Positions 50,887 to 59,700 of a stretch of 64,000 bases of DNA are shown here, piece after piece. The notes beneath the pieces were generated by a model. The model saw only the letters and a list, made by a program, of their open reading frames with translations. It did not search any database and was not told the DNA's origin. Position 1 is the stretch's first letter. Every line of letters begins with the position of its first letter. Position numbers and translations under genes: made by a program. The DNA is from Diplonema japonicum (lineage: Eukaryota > Protista > Euglenozoa: Diplonemea): positions 714,127 through 778,126 of the forward strand of contig OZ025663.1 of assembly GCA_964019335.1 (NCBI GenBank), given 5' to 3'.

Positions 50887-52721
50887 ATGAAAGGCTCCGC
50901 AACAGCTTTGTTTAATTACATAGACTCTAACAAGAGTGGCAAAATCAGTGCAACTGAAATGGCAAGGGCCATGCAGGAAGAGTCGATTAAGAACAGGCTG
51001 AGGTGGCCCGGCACTAGCGACCAGCTGGTGCACTTGCTGTCTGGCGGGGGAAGTCACGTTACAGAAAGCAGGCTCGAGTCATACTTTGAAGTCTTAGAAC
51101 TGTTTTCGTTCATTGATGACAACAACAGCGGCCGGATCAGTCCGTACGAGCTTAAGCGAGCTCTTCAGAAGGACGGAGTTGTGCTTAAGAAGCTGGGTGT
51201 TCCGGCACATCTGTCGAACACATTGTTCTGCCAAATCGATACAAACAACTCAGGGGCGATTTCATTCGTTGAGTTCTACAGGCATTTCACAGCTGCACCA
51301 CTTTCGAAGCCATTCAAGGCTCTAGGCAACTATAGCCAGATTACGGAAGCTCTTTTTAAGAGGATGGACAAAGATAACAGTGGAACCATCACAAAAGATG
51401 AATTCGTAGATGCGCTGCGCAATGACCGCGAGATTCAGTTGGAACTTGGTTGGCCGGCACAGATGGCTAACCATCTATTTACCTTTCTTGACAGTGACAG
51501 GAGTGGAGATGTATGCATACTTCGTTTGATTGTAAAACAAGCACAGGTATCTCGCAAGGAGTTTGCCCTGTTCTGCAAAGCACAGTGGCTTTTCAACACC
51601 ATTGATAAAAACCGCAGTGGCTACATCGACGCCTACGAGCTGGGTGTTGCTTTGGCAGTATGTAGCATAATACAATAGACCAACTAACCACAGAACCCGA
51701 TGCTTGAGAGGGAGTTGAACAGTCATGCTTCTCAGGCAAAGCAGATATTCACCAGGATGGACATCGACGGGTATGTGACAATGAATCTTTTGATTGCATT
51801 TAGGTCTGGAATGGTCAAATTCTCAGAATTCTACCGCTGGATGGCAAACCCGCGTGGTGGATACACTTCTCCTGCACCGCCTAAGATCCCTGAGAACAAG
51901 TGCGACCACTACAAAAACGTTAAGAGGATCGGTCAAGGCAGCTTCGGCGATGTGTGGCTTGTTGACCACTACTCTGGAGAGAGGCTAATCAAGAAGGTGC
52001 CTTTATTGCAGGAAAGTGAGTCGGGAGGTTCTTTCAGGGAGCGCATGGACGAGGTGAGGAGAGAAGCTGAGATGCTAAAGCAGTACAAGCATCCGAACAT
52101 CGTGCGCTACGTTGACTCGTATGAGGAGCCGGTGTCAAAGGACAGGGTTGGTATCATAATCATCACTGAGTTTTGCTCCGGAGGGGACCTCAGGGGATGG
52201 ATGAAGAATCGCAAGCCTGTGGAAAGTGAAGTTGTCCGATTGTTTTCGCAGGTATGTCGGTGAGCCATTGTTGAGACAACACACAGATTTGCGCGGCAAT
52301 TCAATACTTGCATCACGGAAGACTCCTGCACCGTGATCTGAAGCCAGACAACATATTTTTATCTGGAAAACGTGAAACCCCAACAATAAAGGTAGGTGAT
52401 TTTGGATTGGTGAAACAGCTCGGGAAGACGCAGAATGCAGCAGCCACAGTTTGCGGTACCATGCCTTACATGGCCCCAGAGATTTTAGAAGGGAAGACTT
52501 ATGGCAGTGAGAATGATGTCTGGGCCCTCGGGTGCATCCTGTACGAGATGGCAAAATGCGATAAACGTTTGGCATTCCCCAACATCGCAGACACTGTGAA
52601 TTGCAATCTCCCCAGCGGCATTCCCAGCTGGTGTGCACCCACTATCCGTGGTATTCTTGTTGCAAACCCCAAGAATCGCCCGTCTGTAGACAGGTTGGTT
52701 ACGGGTTTGCTCAAGGAGTGA
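50887..52721 (+). CDS. N-terminal multi-EF-hand, C-terminal NEK-like Ser/Thr kinase
   Basis: Seven DxDxSG-type EF loops; kinase IGQGSFG, HPNIVRY, HRDLKPDN, DFG, GTMPYMAPE, DVWALG; introns 51511-51546, 51658-51693, 51771-51803, 52252-52286. Confidence 0.9.
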
Positions 52722-53362
52722 GTCAGATCAGTGTTCTGTGTGTGTTGCCCCCCTCCCCCCTTCACTAGCTGGTGAGCGCGAAAACGCAAACCTTGAATGT
52801 CTAGTTTCTTTCTTTCCTTCATTTCTCGAACGTAATAAGGCGTCAAGACACTTCAGCTCAGAATCATAAATATAAGATGATCAATTGCTTATGTAACAAT
52901 GTGTTCAACAAGTCCTTGTTTCGCATAGGTCACTAAGATAAGGAGCACCATGTAAATTGGATTGTCTGTTTTACTGGGGTTAGAGATGGTTATCGACTTC
53001 GTTTCAATTCGAAGGTCGGGGTGTCGCGATCACCAAAAGTTCGGAGATGAACACCCATGAACGTTCTTCAACAAACGAACGAACTCGGACGAAACGGCCG
53101 TGCACACAAGCAGGACGGAAACAAGAACCTCTTCCTGGCAGAAGGACGGGTCTAGGAAGTTGTCTTAGCGCGTTTTCGGGGGTTGGGTGTGCAAGATGCG
53201 GGAGCACGGTGATAGGCAGCAGACGTCACATTCGTACCTTGCACGCTTGGAGCACTCGCCCACCTTGCACACCCTCGAATTCACTCCTTGTCGCATCGCA
53301 TGGAGCAAGTCACCTCTTCTCGGGGTCTGGGCTCCATTCTTGTCGCCTGGAGGTCACCGTGT

Positions 53363-53592
53363 CCGCAAACCCGCAAACCCGCACGAGAAATAAAGCAATC
53401 ACTTGGTTTTTTAGAATTGTGGGTTTGCGTGTCTGTGTGTGTGTCTGTGCGGGTGCGTGTATGGGTCTGTGTGCTTGCATTTATCTGCGTGGTGTGTCTG
53501 TGCTCGTGCGTGGTCTGTGTGTGTGTCTGTGTGCGTGCGTGTGTTTGTGTCTGTGCCTGTGTGCGTGCATGTGTCTGTGCTTGCGGGTTTGC
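53363..53592. repeat. (CCCGCAAA)n unit, degenerate GT/GTCT microsatellite and inverted TTGCGGGTTTGC
   Basis: GCAAACCCGCAA at 53365-53376 is the exact reverse complement of 53581-53592; TG-rich tract at 53418-53580. Confidence 0.75.
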
Positions 53593-53726
53593 TTTGTGGT
53601 GATGTGTTTTTCCTGTTTTTGATTTTCTTCTTCCCCCGCTCTATGCTTTTTCGCATGGACATTGGTCACTCTGCCCCTTTCCCCTTTGTTGATTCTCCCT
53701 CTTTCCCCCTCCTAAATTTTACCCCC
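53593..53726 (+). repeat. Left 134-bp direct repeat flanking the retrotransposon (probable target-site duplication)
   Basis: Matches 62623-62756 with two mismatches (53666/62696 and 53688/62718). Confidence 0.9.
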
Positions 53727-53761
53727 AACGATTCTAAAGCTACAGTTTCTGTACTTTATTG
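53725..53761 (+). other. Spliced-leader (mini-exon) sequence, diplonemid type, lacking the first 2-4 nt
   Basis: CCAACGATTCTAAAGCTACAGTTTCTGTACTTTATTG versus the diplonemid SL as I recall it, AACCAACGATTTAAAAGCTACAGTTTCTGTACTTTATTG (35/37). The 3' half CAGTTTCTGTACTTTATTG is the conserved kinetoplastid/diplonemid SL end. Confidence 0.9.
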
Positions 53762-56700
53762 GTCGTCTGTGTTTTTGTTGGTGCCTGCTGCGTCCGCTCG
53801 GTGTCCGTTCGTCGTCGTCTGGGGGGGTTGTTTCGGCCCGGCCCGCCTGCCGTTTAGCAAAGGATCCCCTCCCCCCTCAACACAAAAAAAAAAAAAAATA
53901 AAAATGGACCCTAGACGAAACGTCGTCGGAGACCGCCGCCCGCAGGAGGAACGCCTACGAGAGACGCCGACCAAGCCGACCACCCGACCAGACCGAAATC
54001 TGGCCGGGCAGTATGACCCCTCCCCTCCCCTTAGATCCCCTCTAGATGTCGTCAAAAATAATAAAAAACATAAAAACCAGGCAATCTGGTTGGGCACAGA
54101 GACCGCGGTTTTGACCGCCGCTGCTACAACCACGGCCGCCCCAGCCACCCTGAACGCCGCAGCCGACCCTGCCGCCCTAATCGCCGCAACTGAGACCGCC
54201 GCAGCCGCCCCTGCCGCAGCCACGACCGCCGCGACCACGACCCCTGCAGCCGACCCTGCTATTGTTGAAGAGGGAAGAAAAGAGGGAGAAAAAAAGGGGT
54301 GGGTACTGGTGTATGGTGAACACCCTCCCGGGTTGAGGACGGGCCCGGCCCCTGCCTTCCCGAAAGCCCTGCTTTCAGGAAAGTGGGAGGCCCTGTCTGG
54401 GAACTCAGGGAGGGAGACCCTCCAATACGGGTACCGGTGGGAGGGGACGAACGCCAAGGTGCGCCCCACCACGGGGATCCCAGGGGGGGCGGAGGGGTGG
54501 GTGAGGGAGGTGGCCGCCGCCGCAGGGCTCGAGGTGGTCCCCAACCAGGTACTTGTCAACAAGTACAAGTCTGGTTGTGGGATTGCCGCCCACAAGGACG
54601 ACGCGAGGCTGGGACCGATTGTCCTAGTCCTCTCGTACGGAGCCGAGACCACAATGGTCATGAGGAGGGGGGACAGGGTGGCGAAATACCTGGTGCCCCC
54701 CTTCTCATGGGCATTGTTGGAAGGTGAAGCGAGACACCAGTGGACGCACCACATCCCGTCCGGGATGTCCACTGGTGTCAGGGTGTCGATCACCCTGCGT
54801 GCGGTAGGCCCCAAGCTCACCCGCACACCCCAGGAAGACCCATCCCCTGGGTTAACAGACGAACCCCCTTTTTTAGATCCCCTTTTTTGTGGGCAAGGGG
54901 GGGTGGCACTCCCAAGAGAGGATAGTGCCCCACCCGCCCCCCTTTTTTTTTTAGAACCCTCTTCGGAGGAAAACAGACCCTCTTCGGAGGAAAATAGAGA
55001 GAAAGGGGAAGAGGTGGCACTCCCGAGAGAGGGTGGTGCTCCTCCCCCCCATTTGTCCCCCCCTTTTTCATTTTTAGAGCCCTCTCCAGAGGAACCCTCC
55101 ACGGAGGTAAAAAACAGACCCTCTTCGGAGGAAAAAAAGGCAGAGGGAGAGACAGCACGCCCGAGAGAAGGTAGTGCCCCTCCCTCTCTGCCCCCCATTT
55201 TTTCTGGACCCTCTACGGAGGTGTACACCCTGGTCCCCAAGGGCCGGGGGCTTTTTTTGAGGGTGGAAGGGAAAGAAAAAAAAAAAACAAACAAGGAGGA
55301 ACCTTTTTTCTTTTCAAACAACCAGGGGGACCCAGCACCCACCCCCACCGCCCGCCTAGGTGTGGTTGGGGCGGAGGCTGCGAGCGACGTGAGAGCACCA
55401 CTGCACACCCTTGTGAGAAGACAGAAAAGAGCCCCCTGGATTGCCATGGGTGGCAGGGAACCTAAGCCAGCGCCCAAGCGGAAGAAGAACAGGAGGAGGC
55501 ACAGGAGCGAAACGGCCCTTCAGAGGCGTCGGGAGAAGAGGACCAAGGCGAGGGAGGGGGCGAGGGAGGCTGCCAGACAGGAGAAGAAAAGGCACCGTCG
55601 TGCGAGGAAAGAAGGGAGGAGGAGGGCCCGCAGAGAGGAACACGAGGCCGCCCTGGAACAGAAGCCAGATGACCCTGCAATGGGGCTGAAGCGGACCGAG
55701 GTGGGAACGCCTGGAGCCCAACCCCTGGCACCCAGAATCCCGGCACCTGGGGCTGCAACCGGCACAAGGAGGCACCGCAGACGGACGGGACACAGCAAGG
55801 AAGGGGTGAGATGGGAGCACCTGGGGGTGTGGGCCTGGGTCGCCCTGGTCTCCCTCTTGCTGATCCCAGGGGTGAGGCAGGTGCTGGGGGCGGGCATCGG
55901 GATGGCCCCCTCCTTCCTGCATGCGGCAGTGTTGTGGAAGAGGCCGGGGAGCGACAGGAGGACCACCCGCAGGTCAAGGGTACAGGTGGGGCCCCGAGGG
56001 GATGAATGGTCCGCCGGGGAGCTCGCTTGGCTAGCAGTAGGGGGCACTCTGGTGGGAAGCACTTCAGTTTGGATAGGGGGGCTGATGTCGCTCTGGGCCA
56101 TGTCGGAAGTGATGGTGTGGAAAGCTGGTGCTGACCCGGCCCAGAGATTCGGACCGGTAAAGCTGAGGAAGACAAGACGCGGATCGAGAGGTCACTACCT
56201 GCCGGTGTACTTGGGCCCGCCTAGAAGCTCAAGACGCAGAAAAAAGAAGGAAGACGCCAAGCAAGCGGCGAAGGAACGAGCCGAGACGGAGGATAAGCTC
56301 TTTCAGGCCGAACACCTGGACCCCTTTGCGGACTTGACGCTGGCAGGGGACGCGTTGCAAGGAGGTGGTGACCCTCCCCCCATGGATTTGGATGATGAGC
56401 ACATGGAGGCGCAGAAGGAGGGGGAAAAAGAAGGATCAGACAAACATCAATGCCGGATGGAAGACTGCTCTTTCCGCACCAGTGTGGCAAGCTGTCTAGT
56501 TAAACACCTCAATGCGGTCCACCATCATTTTGTGAAACAAGAGCAGGCGAGGAGCATGAAGGTGAACCTCTGTGGAACGTGTGCTGCGGCGTGCTCGTCG
56601 AACCAGACGCACTGTGCACTACACAGGCAGCGGAATCTGTGGAACCCCGACAAACAACCCAGGGCCGGCAAGTCAGTGGACGAGATCATGAAGAGCTTCA

Positions 56701-59700
56701 AGCTGACGAGGAGATCGACGGAGAAGGACGGGAACTGCATGTTCCACGCCCTGGCCGGTTCGCTCGGGGAAGCCTACGGCGACCACACCCACATCAGGAG
56801 CGAGGTTGTAGAATGGATGAAACACCGGGAGGAGCACTATGCCCCGTTTTGCAGTGAGGGTTGGGACCGGTACTTGGAAGGGATGGGCACAGCAGCGACG
56901 TGGGGAGACCACTTGTGCCTGGCAGCCGCAGCACAAGCGTTTGGCCGCACGATACTCGTGGTTGCTGGGGGGAACAACCCAGTCCTGATGATAGGGGAGT
57001 ACAACTCCGACCACGAGAAGGTGGTGGTGCTGGCGTACAACGGCAACCACTACGAGTATGCAGTCGGAGAGGAGGAGTCGATGATGATGCTCCTTGATGA
57101 GTCCCAATCGGTAGCTCTACAAAAGGCAGGTAAGCAACCCTCCGAGGCCCCGGGTGAGGACATCGGGGAGTGGGACATAATAGACCGTGCGATCCCTGGA
57201 TACGGGAAGGCAGGGGTGTTGGACCAGATGGGGGCAAGGAACCAGCAATTCCTGTACTGTCCGGTGGCGAACTGCGCTAGGTCGAAGTGCAAAAGCACGA
57301 CCCCGTTCAACTCGACAAGGGTATGGAAGTGTCACCTGGATGGGCACCTGGAGAGTGATGAGATCCCGGAGAGCGTTCTGAGGAGACTGGACCTCGAGAG
57401 GTGCCTGGTGTGCAGGGGCTGTGTGTGGAAGGGTCAGGGGTGCCACGACGAGTGCAAAAAGGCGGTGCGAAGGGAAGGGGAATACACGACCCCCCCGCCG
57501 GCCCCGACGAGGACCGAGTTACCCAGCCTGGAAACCATAGCCGCCATGAACGTCACGACCATGGGGTCGATCCCGACGAGCCTTCAAAGACTGTGGGGGC
57601 TTACCCTTAAGCACACTCTGGGCCGAGCGGTGAAGGACAACACAGAGGAGGCTTGGCTGCTGGTGGCGATGCTCCCCAAAGCCTGCCTGTGGAAGAAGAG
57701 GGGAGGGAAGAAGCGGGACAAGGAGACGGAGCTGAGTGTCCAGGCCAGATTGGAGGAGTGGGAGAAGGGAAATTACATGGCCCTCTGGAATAAGCTGGAA
57801 TCAGGTGAGAAGGGGGAACCTAAGAACGACGAGGTCTCTAAGGTCGCCAGGGCCACGGAACTGTGCAGCAAAGGGAGGTTCTCGGCAGGAAACGCGGCGC
57901 TTGTAGCCCAGGGGCTGGCGGAAGACAATGAGGATTGCTGGAGAGCGCTGCAGAGCAAACATCCAGAGCCACTACACCCCCAATGGGACAACCCGGCGAA
58001 GACGAAGGAAGCGGTAGAAGTCTTGCCAGAAGAAGTGCTGGACGCAATCAGGGACTTCCCGAGGGGGACTGCTGCGGGACCGACTGGTCTGAGAGCCCAG
58101 CACATCAAGGACGCGGTGGACGGAGCTTTTGAGTCTCAAGGCTGTTTGATGTCGGTGACGAGGGCAGTCAACGCATTAGCTAGAGGCACGGCCCCTAGGG
58201 AGGTGGCTCCGCTGATGGCAGGGGCGAACCTTGTGGCCCTCAAGAAGAACGACAGGGACGTGCGGCCCATAGCCGTTGGGGATGTGCTGCGTCGGCTGGT
58301 GGGGAAATCCCTTGTGAAGAAGATCGCTCCGGAAGTGGCCTCTTCGTACCTGAAGAAAGGCGGCCAGGTGGGGGTATCGGTCCCTGCTGGAATGGAGGCG
58401 GCTATACACACCATCAGGCAGTATGTGGACAGGGAACGGGGCAACAAGCAGGAAAACAAGGTGATCCTCAAGATCGACTACGCCAACGCCTTCAACAGTG
58501 TTTGTCGGAGGCAGCTGTGCTCACAGGCCTATGAGCAAGCGTCGGGGCTGTATGCGTGGGCCGATTGGTGCTACAGGGTGCCCTCCCAATTATACTACAA
58601 CGGAAAGGTGATTAAGTCCCAGGAAGGGGTGCAACAGGGGGACCCGATGGGACCGCTGCTGTTCTCTCTGGCCATCCAACCCCTGGTGAACAAGATAAGT
58701 GAAGACTGCAACCTGGACATCCTCCAGTTCTACCTGGACGATGGCGTCCTTGTGGGGAATGTGGATGAAGTGAGAAAGGCGTACAACATCTTGTGTGAGC
58801 TGAGCGGAATGATAGGGCTGAAAGTGAAACCCCAGAAGTGCGAGCTCATATGGGTTAGTGGCGACCTCCCCCAGACAGTGGAGGACACAGGCTTCGATGG
58901 CCTGACAGAAGAGAATTTCCACAAAGAGAGGAACTTCATGCTCCTGGGGGCGCCGATAGGATCGCCGGAGTACACGCAAGCCTTTCTGAACAAACGCTTG
59001 GACGCGCTGGAAGAGAACTTCGACATGCTGACCAAGGTGGGGAGGCAGACAGGGTACACACTTCTCCGGTATTGCAGCTCATACAGCAAACTGGTGTTTT
59101 ACATGAGAGTGGTCCCAGACTCGCATGTGGGAGGGGTCATGCACAGGTTCGACGAGATGGTGCGGAAGACGATGTCGAAGGTGTGCGGCATGCAGTTCGA
59201 GAACGGGTCGGAAGAATGGCAGCAGGCGAAACTGTCCGTAAAAGTCGGTGGGCTTGGGATGAGGAGCTGCCAGGAGCACCTGCGCGCGGCCAACATGGCT
59301 TCGAGGGCGTCGACGATGAAGCTGTGCAAGGAGCTGGATCCCAAATACGAACATGGGCTGGAAGGGGGTGTATGGGGGAGCTGGCTCGAGTGGTTCAACA
59401 GGACGAAGGGCGGCATGCAGATTACACCCGACATGGTGGCCAAGGCCCCCCACATCTGCAGCCAGAGGTGGCTCTCTAGGGTGCTTGATGAGAAGGCGCT
59501 GGAGGACCTCTTGGCGAAAGCAGATGCACGCTCGAGAGCGAGGTTGATGTCGGAGTCAATGCACTATGCGGGAGCGTGGTTGACGGCGACGCCTGACTTC
59601 TACAACCAGCTGTCGGACAACGAGTTTGGGGCTCTGATCAAGTGGTGGTTGGGGGCTCCGGTCTACAAGCAGGGTGAGAGCTGCCACGACCCGAGGTGCA

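Noticed and set aside
53725-53860. A functional SL RNA gene
   Set aside because: The 5' AA is missing, there is no GTATG donor or recognisable SL intron, and there is no tandem array; better explained as part of the inserted cDNA.
53439-53903. N-terminal 155 aa of the 2959-aa ORF-track call
   Set aside because: It reads through microsatellite, the direct repeat and the SL exon; the first ATG after the SL is 53904.
56325-56385. 2A ribosomal-skipping peptide (DLTLAGD...)
   Set aside because: Lacks the required D(V/I)ExNPGP core.
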